A DNA stretch of 49,969 bases from Candidatus Aquidulcis sp. (GCA_020723365.1 DYJB01000002.1:7749-57717), one strand, 5' to 3'; counted from the stretch's first letter, positions 1-8,933 are shown. Made by a program: numbers and translations. The notes: generated by a model not told the origin, from the sequence alone.

Positions 1-528
<528 letters not shown>

Positions 529-925
529 CCGCCTCTCCGCCTGCCCCTCAAGGATCGGGACAGAGGTGGGGCGAGGGAACGCTCGTCAGCTTCAGCCGTC
601 TGAAGGCGATCCGCTCCGTCTGGTAAGTGTGGGGACACGAAGCGTGCGCTGCCGAAGGCAGCGCACGGGAGTTAAAGGCGCCTCCCCCGGGGCGGTGAGG
701 GGGGTAACCCGGGGGAGGCCTTCGCCAAAGGAGGAGACAGCGATGAGCGTAGGGGTGCCCCGTCTCTCGTCTCCAGCCGTCATAGTACAATGCCGCCCCG
801 GAGGACTCCACTAGCGAAGGTCACCGGGTATATGTGACATCCTTCACAGATGGAGCCCGTGGGCTTCTCGACCCGGAATCGGGCCGGAGTCCCGCCTGGG
901 GCGCCGATTCCGCCCCCGCCAAGCC

Positions 926-2185
926 ATGAGCGACTCGGCTGACCTGCGCAGACGATTGTCCCGCCTCGGGCGCCGCGCGGCGCGGTCCGTGCAGCCCGCG
1001 CCCACACGCCCGAGCGGCACCGCCCCACTGCCTGGCGAGGAAATCGCGACGACGTCCGGCGCCGCCTACCGCCTGCAGCGCTCCTTCCCCTCCGACCACC
1101 AGCACGGCCTGGGCCGCCTGGACGACCTGCTTGCCTTCGACACGCTGCTCGCTGCGGACGTGGCCCGACAGCCGGCGCTGGCGGATACTCGCATCGAGCG
1201 GCTGCTCTTCCTCGACACGGAAACCACGGGGCTGGCAGGCGGGGCGGGGACGCTGGCCTTCCTGGTGGGCGTGGGATCCTTCACGCCCGAAGGCTTCCGA
1301 CTGCGCCAGTACTTCTTGCGTGACCCGGCCGAGGAATCTGCCATGCTCCTGGCGCTGGAGGAGGACCTCGAGGCGGCGATGGGGCTGGTGACCTTCAACG
1401 GGCAGGTCTTCGATCTGCCGCTGCTCGAGGCGCGCTATATCGTCGGGCTGAGGCGGCGCCGCAACCTGGTCGCCTCACCGCACCTGGACCTACTGCATCC
1501 CTCACGCCGTCTGTGGTCGCGCGCCTTGCCCGACTGCAGCCTGAGTACCATTGAGCGGCAGGTCCTTGGCCTGCAGCGCAGCGAGGCCGATATCCCCGGA
1601 GCGCTGATCCCCGACCTGTACCGCGAATACCTGCGCAGCGGCGATCCGGGCGGGATGCAGCGCGTGATCTACCACAATGCCATGGACGTGCTTTCGTTGG
1701 TGGGGGTCGCCACCCAGGTGCTCGGGCGACATCGGCAGGGGGACCTAGGGCAGCTCTCAGCCTCCGAAGCGCTGGCCGTCGGCCGCTGGCACCAACGAGC
1801 CGGCCGCTCTTCCCCGGCCGAAAACGCCTTGCGGTCGGCGGTCGACACTTCGCAAGGCTCCCTCCACCTCGAGGCGCTGCGGCGGCTGGCCGAGTACCTC
1901 AAGCGCGAGGGACGGGCGGTGCAGGCCTTGGCCGCGTGGGCCGAGTGGCACGATCGTGCTCCTGCCGATCCCCGGCCGTGCGTCGAGCTGGCGAAGTACT
2001 ACGAGTGGGAAGGGCACGATGTGGACCAGGCGTCCTACTGGACTCAGGAAGCGCTCGACACCCTGAGGCGCTGGCCGGACGATTGGCGCCGGCAGGAGGA
2101 AGAGACGCGCCTGGTGCGTCGGCAGTCTCGCCTGGACGGCAAGCGCAGCATCTCTGCTGCCGGCGGCGGCGGGCTGGCGAGCTAG
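926..2185 (+). CDS. YprB/COG3359-like RNase H-fold exonuclease with C-terminal TPR-like helical region
   Basis: LLFLDTETTGL, VTFNGQVFDLPLLEARY, HLDLLHPSRRLW and YHNAMDVLSLV match the YprB-type RNase_H_2 pattern. The C-terminus has helical repeats (LAEYLKREGR, ELAKYYEWEG). Confidence 0.75.
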   Translation: MSDSADLRRRLSRLGRRAARSVQPAPTRPSGTAPLPGEEIATTSGAAYRLQRSFPSDHQHGLGRLDDLLAFDTLLAADVARQPALADTRIERLLFLDTETTGLAGGAGTLAFLVGVGSFTPEGFRLRQYFLRDPAEESAMLLALEEDLEAAMGLVTFNGQVFDLPLLEARYIVGLRRRRNLVASPHLDLLHPSRRLWSRALPDCSLSTIERQVLGLQRSEADIPGALIPDLYREYLRSGDPGGMQRVIYHNAMDVLSLVGVATQVLGRHRQGDLGQLSASEALAVGRWHQRAGRSSPAENALRSAVDTSQGSLHLEALRRLAEYLKREGRAVQALAAWAEWHDRAPADPRPCVELAKYYEWEGHDVDQASYWTQEALDTLRRWPDDWRRQEEETRLVRRQSRLDGKRSISAAGGGGLAS

Positions 2186-2589
2186 GCCTGCTGCAGCGAG
2201 CTCGCCGCGTGTTCGAAGCGCGCCCGGGCGTCGGAGGCGACGCGGCGGAGTTCGGGAGTCAGCGCCAGGGATCCGACGCCCGGCATGAGCTCGGGATTGA
2301 CCGGCGAGGCCCACACGCCGTCCTGACGCTGCTCGGCAACGACGTTGCATGGCAGGAAAAGGCCGGCGCGGGCGTCGCCCGAGAGCGCGGCATGAGCCGG
2401 CGGCGGGTTGCACGCCCCCAGGATCACGAACGGGCGGAAGTCCTTTCCAAGCCTGTCCTCGAAGGCGGCGGGCACGTCGATGCGCGTCAGCACACCGAGG
2501 CCTTCCTTCGAACGTGTCCCGGTCACGGTGTCCGGGGCCGCAGCGAAGGATAGGTTCAGGCGCAGCTCAAGCCCGATCGGCTGCTCCAT
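2182..2589 (-). CDS. DUF302 family protein
   Basis: Start moved to ATG 2589 (MEQPIGLELRL). FVILGACNPP and LFLPCNVV segments are typical of DUF302. The stop overlaps the stop of the convergent 926-2185 gene. Confidence 0.7.
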   Translation of the reverse strand: MEQPIGLELRLNLSFAAAPDTVTGTRSKEGLGVLTRIDVPAAFEDRLGKDFRPFVILGACNPPPAHAALSGDARAGLFLPCNVVAEQRQDGVWASPVNPELMPGVGSLALTPELRRVASDARARFEHAASSLQQA

Positions 2590-2611
2590 GACTCGCCTGG
2601 CAGCCTCAGGC

Positions 2612-3412
2612 CTATCGGGCCGTGGCGACGCTGTTGAGCTCATCGCGCACCGCCCGGTACAGGTGTTCGGCCTTCAGCTCCTGCAGCGTATAGCACGGCC
2701 CGCCGAGGCGATCGGCCAGGCCGCGCGCCAGCCCCTGGTCGAACGCGGCATGCTCCATGTTGATCACCACCGAGCGGACGTCCTGCGATTTCAGCAAGTC
2801 GGCCACCTGGTGGGCTTCCTCCTGCGGAGGCAGCGGGCCCATCGAGACGTTGCCGGCGCCGTCGGTGAGCAGGATCATGAGCGGCAGGACGTCGGGGTGG
2901 GAGAGCTTCTCCTGCTGCAGCGTTTCCAGGGCCAACCGCAGCCCGGCCGAAAGCGGCGTCTTGCCCCCTACAGGGATATCGGCGAGCGCTCGCTGGGCCA
3001 GCTGAACGGAGTTCGTCGGTGGAAGGACGGTCAGCGCACGGTCCTTCTGGAAGACGATCAATCCGACCCGGTCGCGGCGTTGGTAAGCGTCCGTCAGCAG
3101 CGACAGGATGGCGCCCTTGGTGGCCGACATGCGTTCGGCGACGGCCATCGACCAGGAGGCGTCGACGACGAACAGGATCAGGTTGGCGGCCTTGCGCACG
3201 CGCACCTTGCGCTGAAGGTCGGAGGTCTCGATGGCGAAGGCCACGCGCCGCCTCTGTTCCTTGCGCTTGATCTGGTGCGGTGCGGCGGCCCTCAGCGTGG
3301 CATCGAAGGCGATATCGGTCTTGGTGCCGTTCGCCGGGCGAGCGGTGATGTAGCGGCCTCGTTTGCGGTCGGTGCGGGTTTGCGTGCGGCGGCCGCCCAG
3401 CCGGCGGGTCAT
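2612..3412 (-). CDS. vWA-domain protein resembling the C-terminal half of Mg-chelatase subunit D (ChlD/BchD); the frame stays open upstream to 3595
   Basis: MIDAS motif DASWS in LILFVVDASWSM, plus LLTDGAGN. The RGRYI and FDATLRAAAPHQ segment is as in ChlD. No start codon lies upstream of ATG 3412 although the frame is open and coding-like. Confidence 0.8.
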   Translation of the reverse strand: MTRRLGGRRTQTRTDRKRGRYITARPANGTKTDIAFDATLRAAAPHQIKRKEQRRRVAFAIETSDLQRKVRVRKAANLILFVVDASWSMAVAERMSATKGAILSLLTDAYQRRDRVGLIVFQKDRALTVLPPTNSVQLAQRALADIPVGGKTPLSAGLRLALETLQQEKLSHPDVLPLMILLTDGAGNVSMGPLPPQEEAHQVADLLKSQDVRSVVINMEHAAFDQGLARGLADRLGGPCYTLQELKAEHLYRAVRDELNSVATAR

Positions 3413-3570
3413 GCGGTCGAGCTGGCCTTCCAGGCGGCGGGGGTTGAAGGATTCGCCGGTCTTGACCTTGTCGCCCCCCTCCCACCAGTTGGCCTGGAGC
3501 GAATCGACCGGGGCCTGCTGGGCAGGTTCGGCCAGTCCACGCCGCTGCTCGTCGGCCGTCGCCTCGCGGG

Positions 3571-4677
3571 CTACCCCGCGGGGCTCACTTTTTTTTTATC
3601 GGCGGGCTGGGGCTCGGAGGCCGGCTCGGATTCGTAGGCCGCGCCGACCTGCGCCTGGGCCTGGTCGATGCGGGCCTGCAGGTCGTCGAGGGTGATCTCG
3701 CTCTGGTGGAACGGGCCGCGGCGCAGGCGGTGGGGAAGCGCCAGTTCGGCCGCCAGGGCGATATCGAGGTCGGTGATGGCGGTGCGGGCTTCGAAAGCGG
3801 CCTGAGCGCGGGCGGCCTTGAGGATCACCAGGTCGGCGCGGTGACCATCGACCTGAAGGGACGAGGTCAGGGCGGCGATGGACAGCAGGTTGCGCTTGCT
3901 GTAGGTGACGCGGTCGACCAGCCGTCGGGCGGCGTCGATCGTCTGTGAGAGGCTTCCTTCCTGGCTGAGCCAGTGGTCGCGGAAGCCCTGGCCGTCGGCC
4001 TCGAAGGCCAAGTTGCGTTCGATGATGGCCACCCGCTCGGCCAGCTCGGAGATGCCCCGGATATCGACCGACAGGGCAAAGCGGTCGAGCAGCTGCGGGC
4101 GCAGGTCGCCTTCCTCCGGGTTCATCGTCCCGACCAGGATATAGCGCGCCGGGTGGGCAAAGGAGATGCCCTCGCGCTCGACGATGTTCATGCCCAGGGC
4201 GGCCGAGTCCAACAGCAGGTCGACGACGTGGTCATCGAGCAGGTTGACCTCGTCGATGTACAGCAGGCCCCGGTTGGCGGCCGCCAGGACCCCGGCCTCG
4301 AAGCGGCGCTCGCCGCGCTTGATGGCGGCTTCGATGTCGAGCGTGCCGACGACCCGGTCTTCGGTGGCCGATACGGGCAGGTCGACGAAGGACGTGCGCC
4401 GCATCTCGACCGGAAGCTCTTCGCCGCAGGCCACTCGCTCGCGGCACTCGGTGCACCAGGTGGTGGGCTGATCGGGGTCGCAGGCGAAGCGGCAGTCGGC
4501 GACGACGCGCACTTCGGGGAGCAGGGCCGCCAGCGCCCGGGCGGCGGTCGACTTGGCGGTGCCGCGCTCGCCGCGGATCAGCACGCCGCCGATGCGCGGA
4601 TTGACGGCATTGAGCAGCAGCGCCCGGCGCATGCGCTCCTGTCCGACAATGGCGGTGAAGGGGTAGACGACGGCCAC
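3571..4677 (-). CDS. ChlI/BchI-type AAA+ chelatase-family ATPase
   Basis: VYPFTAIVGQERM N-terminus, Walker A GERGTAKST, Walker B LLYIDEVNLLDDH, Cys-rich insert CRFACDP..CTEC. Start set at GTG 4677 (GGAG 7 nt upstream, TATAAT at 4701-4696) because the ATG-4950 extension runs antisense into rpsA. Confidence 0.85.
   Translation of the reverse strand: MAVVYPFTAIVGQERMRRALLLNAVNPRIGGVLIRGERGTAKSTAARALAALLPEVRVVADCRFACDPDQPTTWCTECRERVACGEELPVEMRRTSFVDLPVSATEDRVVGTLDIEAAIKRGERRFEAGVLAAANRGLLYIDEVNLLDDHVVDLLLDSAALGMNIVEREGISFAHPARYILVGTMNPEEGDLRPQLLDRFALSVDIRGISELAERVAIIERNLAFEADGQGFRDHWLSQEGSLSQTIDAARRLVDRVTYSKRNLLSIAALTSSLQVDGHRADLVILKAARAQAAFEARTAITDLDIALAAELALPHRLRRGPFHQSEITLDDLQARIDQAQAQVGAAYESEPASEPQPADKKKVSPAG
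3589..3597 (-). other. A9 homopolymer (T9 on + strand): candidate -1 frameshift or transcriptional slippage site
   Basis: GAT AAA AAA AAA GTG lies 5 codons before the TAG of the ChlI-like ORF. The -1 frame continues into the vWA ORF. A GC hairpin at 3580-3565 starts 8 nt downstream. Confidence 0.45.
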
Positions 4678-4732
4678 AGCAGAGCTCCGACGGGCATTAT
4701 ACCCCTCGCCCCGCGCGCCCGGCGGGCGTCCG

Positions 4733-4761
4733 TTGTCAAGACAACCGTCTACCCTTATAAT
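4733..4761 (+). promoter_or_regulatory. Sigma-70-type promoter of rpsA (TTGTCA - 17 nt - TATAAT)
   Basis: -35 TTGTCA at 4733-4738 and -10 TATAAT at 4756-4761. An A-rich leader without an obvious SD follows. Confidence 0.6.
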
Positions 4762-4796
4762 CTCCCCATCCTGTTCCAAAGAAAAGGCATCGTTCG

Positions 4797-6146
4797 ATGG
4801 AGAACAATCCGCAGACCATCGGGTCAGAGCCCGGCCAGCCCAACGAAGCGGGGGCGGCCGATGTTCATCCGATGGACGCCCTCCTCGGGGGGGAGTCGCT
4901 GGACATGGAGACTCCGCGCCGGGGCGAGATCCGTCGGGGCACGATCGCACGCGTGTCCGATGGCGACGTCCTGGTCGACATCGGCGCCAAGTCCGAAGGC
5001 ATCATCCCGGCCCGCGAGCTCGAGCAGCTGCCTGACGAAGTGCGCCAGGGGCTGATCGTGGGCGCCGAGATCAGCGTCTACGTCATTCGCGCCGGCGGCG
5101 GGGAGGACGGCCTGGTCCTTTCGCTGGCCCGCGCCGAGGAAGAGCACGACTGGTCCGAGGCCGAGGGCCTGCTCGCCTCCCAGGAGACGCTGCACGGCTC
5201 GGTCGCCGGCTACAACAAGGGCGGGCTGATCGTCAAGCTCGGTCACCTGCGTGGCTTCATCCCTGCCTCCCAGGTCAGCCTGTCCCGCCGCCGCCGGGCG
5301 GAGGGCGAGACCCCCGACAAGCGCTGGGGCAAGATGGTCGGCGAGCCGATCGTGGCCAAGGTCATCGAGGTCGATCGGCGGCGCAACCGGCTGATCCTCT
5401 CGGAGCGCGCGGCGGCCCGCGAGGCTCGCAAGGTCCTCAAGGAACACCTGATCACGGAGCTGCAGGCCGGCGAGATCCGCAGCGGGCATGTCATCAGCCT
5501 GGCGGACTTCGGCGCCTTCGTCGACATCGGAGGCGCCGACGGCCTGGTGCACCTCTCGGAGATCTCCTGGCGCCGCATCGGCCATCCCAAGGACCTGCTC
5601 AAGGTCGGGCAGGAAGTCCAGGTGAAGGTGCTGGGCGTGGATCCGGAGCGCAAGCGCATCAGCCTGTCGATGCGCGAGCTCGAGCCCGACCCGTGGGAGA
5701 CGATCGCCAAGCAGCTCAAGGAAGGCCAGCTGGTGGAGGGTCAGATCACCAAGCTGACCAAGTTCGGGGCTTTCGCCAGCCTGAAGGGCATGGAAGCCTA
5801 CGAGATCGAAGGCCTGATCCACATCTCCGAGCTCTCCGATCGGCGCGTCGAGCATCCGCGCGAGGTGCTGGAGGAAGGCCAGACGGTGTCGCTGCGTGTC
5901 ATCAAGCTCGATCAAGAGCGTCGCCGCATCGGCCTGAGCCTCAAGCGCGTCGACTCGGCCGAGTATGCCGACACGGATTGGCAGACGGCGATGCGCGATC
6001 TGAGCGAGGACGGACCTCGCCCGGCGCCGGAAGCTGAAGAGGACTTCGACGCCGACCTGGAAGCCGAGACTCCTCCCGAACCCGGGACGCCGCCTGAACC
6101 CGAGGCGCCGCCCGAGTCCGAGGGCGAAAGTCCTGCGGCGGCCTGA
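4797..6146 (+). CDS. rpsA: 30S ribosomal protein S1 (four S1 domains, acidic Pro-rich tail)
   Basis: Repeated S1 OB-fold modules (GTIARVSDGDVLVDIG, GYNKGGLIVKLGHLRGFIPASQ, GHVISLADFGAFVDIG, GQITKLTKFGAFASL). Confidence 0.9.
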   Translation: MENNPQTIGSEPGQPNEAGAADVHPMDALLGGESLDMETPRRGEIRRGTIARVSDGDVLVDIGAKSEGIIPARELEQLPDEVRQGLIVGAEISVYVIRAGGGEDGLVLSLARAEEEHDWSEAEGLLASQETLHGSVAGYNKGGLIVKLGHLRGFIPASQVSLSRRRRAEGETPDKRWGKMVGEPIVAKVIEVDRRRNRLILSERAAAREARKVLKEHLITELQAGEIRSGHVISLADFGAFVDIGGADGLVHLSEISWRRIGHPKDLLKVGQEVQVKVLGVDPERKRISLSMRELEPDPWETIAKQLKEGQLVEGQITKLTKFGAFASLKGMEAYEIEGLIHISELSDRRVEHPREVLEEGQTVSLRVIKLDQERRRIGLSLKRVDSAEYADTDWQTAMRDLSEDGPRPAPEAEEDFDADLEAETPPEPGTPPEPEAPPESEGESPAAA

Positions 6147-6155
6147 ATTCCAGCC

Positions 6156-6190
6156 GGGCCGGGTCTTTCGAGACCCGGCCCTTTTCTTTC
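6156..6190 (+). terminator. Rho-independent terminator after rpsA
   Basis: GGGCCGGGTCT-TTCG-AGACCCGGCCC (11 bp stem, UUCG loop) followed by TTTTCTTTC. Confidence 0.8.
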
Positions 6191-6235
6191 CTATGCAACG
6201 CTAACGCGCCCGTCAGGCAGAAGCGGGGCCATGTT

Positions 6236-6244
6236 TGGTAGAAT
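6236..6244 (+). promoter_or_regulatory. Extended -10 (TGGTAGAAT) upstream of clpC
   Basis: TGnTAGAAT lies 48 nt upstream of GTG 6292. GGGAGGG RBS at 6276-6282. Confidence 0.45.
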
Positions 6245-6291
6245 GAGACCAGTTCGGGACGAATTGCGTACCCGGACGGGAGGGCCGTGAC

Positions 6292-8806
6292 GTGGCCGAC
6301 AAGATGGAACGCTTCACGCAGCGCGCCCGGCGGGTGTTGAGCCTGGCGCACGAGGAAGCGGAACGACTGCATCACAACTACATCGGCACGGAGCACCTGC
6401 TGCTGGGCCTCATTCGCGAGGAAGGCGGCGTGGCGGGCCGCGTGCTGCGTGAGCTCGGGCTGGACACAGCCCGCGTCAAGGAAATGGTCGAGCGGCTGAC
6501 GGGCGTCGGCCGGCAGGGCGGCATGCACGTCGAGCTCTCGCCGGGGACCGAGCAGGTGCTGCAGTACGCCATCGAGGAAGCCCGCCGCATGGGCCATCAC
6601 TACATTGGCACCGAACACCTGCTGCTCGGGCTGGTTCGGCAGGGTGAGGGGGTGGGGATCGAGGTGCTGCGACGCCTGGGCATCACCCCCGAGCAGGTGC
6701 GCCGCCAGACACGGCGTGTGCTCCAGGAAAGCCCGGCGCAGCCGCCGCAGCCGCAGAAGGCCTCCCAGGCCGTCTCGGCCTCTCGCAGCAAAGACAAGGA
6801 AGCCAAGACGCCGCTGGTCGACCAGCTGGCGACGGATCTGACCGCCCTGGCCGAGGAAGGCAAGCTCGATCCGGTTGTCGGCCGCCAGATGGAAATCGAG
6901 CGCGTGATCCAGATCCTGGCGCGGCGTACGAAGAACAATCCGGCGTTGATCGGCGAGCCGGGTGTGGGCAAGACGGCCATCATCGAGGGCCTGGCGCAGC
7001 GGATCGTTTCCGGGGACACCCCCGAGCCGCTGCTCGGCAAGCGCCTGCTGCAGCTCGACGTCGGCTCGCTGGTGGCCGGGACGATGTACCGCGGGCAGTT
7101 CGAGGAGCGCCTCAAGCGCGTCATCGACGAGCTCAAGTCGGCCCAGGCCATCCTGTTCATCGACGAGGTCCACATGCTGGTGGGCGCCGGCTCGGCCGGG
7201 TCGTCGGTGGACGCCGCCAACATCCTCAAGCCTGCCCTGTCGCGGGGCGAGCTGCAGGTGATCGGCGCCACCACCCTCGATGAATACCGCAAGCACATCG
7301 AGAGCGATGCCGCCCTTGAACGCCGCTTCCAGCCGGTCATGGTCGAGGAGCCGTCGGTCGAGGAGACGATCCAGATCCTGCACGGCGTGCGCAAGCCGTA
7401 CGAGGAGCACCACAAGCTGATCATCACGGACGAGGCGCTGGAGGCGGCGGCGCTGCTCTCGTCGCGCTACGTGAGCGAGCGCTTCCTGCCGGACAAGGCC
7501 ATCGACCTGATCGATGAGACTTCGTCGCGGGTGCGCATGTACAAGAGCCCGGCGGCCAAGACGATGCGCCAGACGCTGGACGATCTCAAAGCCACCCGCC
7601 AGGCCCACGCCCAGGCAGTGGAGGAAGCCCGCTTCGACGACGCCCAGGAACTGATGGTGCGCGAGAGCGGGCTGGAGCAGAAGCTGACTCAGCTGCGCGC
7701 CGGCTGGGAGCGCAATGACGACAGCCCGAGGGTGACGGCCGAGGATATCGCCGAAGTCGTTTCGATGTGGACCGGCGTGCCCGTGACCCAGATCGCCCAG
7801 GAAGAGTCGGTCCGCCTGCTGCTGATGGAGAAGGCGCTGCACGAGCGCATCATCGGCCAGGATGAGGCCATCGACAGCATCTCCAAGGCCGTGCGCCGGG
7901 CGCGGGCGGGGTTGAAGGACCCCAAGCGCCCCGTCGGTTCGTTCATCTTCCTGGGGCCGACGGGCGTCGGCAAGACCGAACTGACCAAGGCGCTGGCCGA
8001 ATTCATCTTCGGCAGCGAGGAAGCGCTGGTCCAGATCGATATGTCCGAGTTCATGGAGCGCCACAGCGTCAGCCGGCTGGTGGGTGCGCCGCCCGGCTAC
8101 GTGGGCTACGAGGACGCCGGCCAACTGACCGAGGCGTTGCGCCGACGGCCGTACTCGATCGTGGTCTTCGACGAGATCGAGAAGGCGCATCCCGAGGCGC
8201 ACAACATGCTGTTGCAGATCATGGAGGAAGGGCACCTGTCCGACGCCCGCGGGCGGAAGGTCGACTTCCGTAACGCCATCATCGTGATGACCTCCAATGT
8301 CGGGGCTGAGATGATCCGCAAGACCACGCAACTCGGCTTCGCCGTTCCGCGCGATGAAGCGGCCGACACACGACGCCTATGACGACATGCGCAAGACGCT
8401 GACCGAGGCGATGCGCAAGGTGTTCCGGCCGGAGTTCCTCAACCGGGTGGATGCCACCGTGGTCTTCCACGCCCTGACCCGGGAACAGATCGCCGAGATC
8501 GTCGATCTCGAATTGGCCAAGGTCGGGCTGCGGCTGCGCGAGCATGCCATTCAGCTGCGGGCTTCGCCGGAAGCGCGGCAGAAGCTTGCCGACCTGGGCT
8601 ACGATCCTGAGATGGGCGCCCGGCCGCTCAAGCGCGTGATCCAGAGCAAGGTCGAAGACCGGCTTTCGGATGCGGTGTTGGCCGGGGAGTTCAAGAACGG
8701 CGACCGTGTCCTGGTGGACCTGGCCGGGGACGAGATCGTGCTGCGGCCGGATCTGGCCGAACCCCAGGGCGAGGCCGAAGCGGCCCTGCCGGCCGGCGAC
8801 GCCTGA
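6292..8806 (+). CDS. clpC: ATP-dependent Clp protease ATP-binding subunit ClpC, interrupted by an apparent +1 frameshift between 8341 and 8382
   Basis: Two Clp_N repeats ([11 protein letters not shown] twice), Walker A GEPGVGKT and GPTGVGKT, and the sensor region [10 protein letters not shown] in the second ORF (8354-8806). The two ORF-track pieces overlap by 29 nt in different frames. Confidence 0.85.
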
Positions 8807-8837
8807 CGGCAACAACCTTCACCGCTCGTGCAACATC

Positions 8838-8860
8838 GGGGCGGCCCGTCGGGCCGCCCC
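8838..8860 (+). terminator. GC hairpin after clpC
   Basis: GGGGCGGCCC-GTC-GGGCCGCCCC followed by CGCTTGTTCG (weak T tract). Confidence 0.5.
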
Positions 8861-8933
8861 CGCTTGTTCGTGCCCCTCGCCGGCCGCGGCAGGCGCGGTT
8901 CTATAATGATGCTGCCGATGGACGGAGGGTGGT

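Noticed and set aside
582-589. Hammerhead-like CUGACGAG on the minus strand
   Set aside because: There is no matching GAAA core element, and no helix II or III arrangement or cleavage-site triplet around it. It looks like a chance 8-mer.
743-814. 23-codon ORF as a RiPP-like or leader peptide gene
   Set aside because: It has only a strong SD in its favour. Codon usage is atypical for this genome, a promoter-like hexamer lies inside it, and no maturation genes are nearby. It is mentioned only as part of the structured-spacer finding.
4678-4950. N-terminal extension of the ChlI-like ORF back to ATG 4950 (and similar extensions of the ORFs at 40239, 46665, 34700, 28664 and 17816)
   Set aside because: The extensions run into or across neighbouring genes or promoters and are Arg/Pro-rich. 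They precede the point where homology or a signal peptide begins. Internal starts with an RBS fit better.
5941-8331. 796-aa ORF on the minus strand
   Set aside because: It is entirely antisense to clpC, whose frame has unmistakable Clp motifs. Its translation is Arg/Leu/Gly/Asp-rich low complexity, typical of stop-poor antisense frames in GC-rich DNA.
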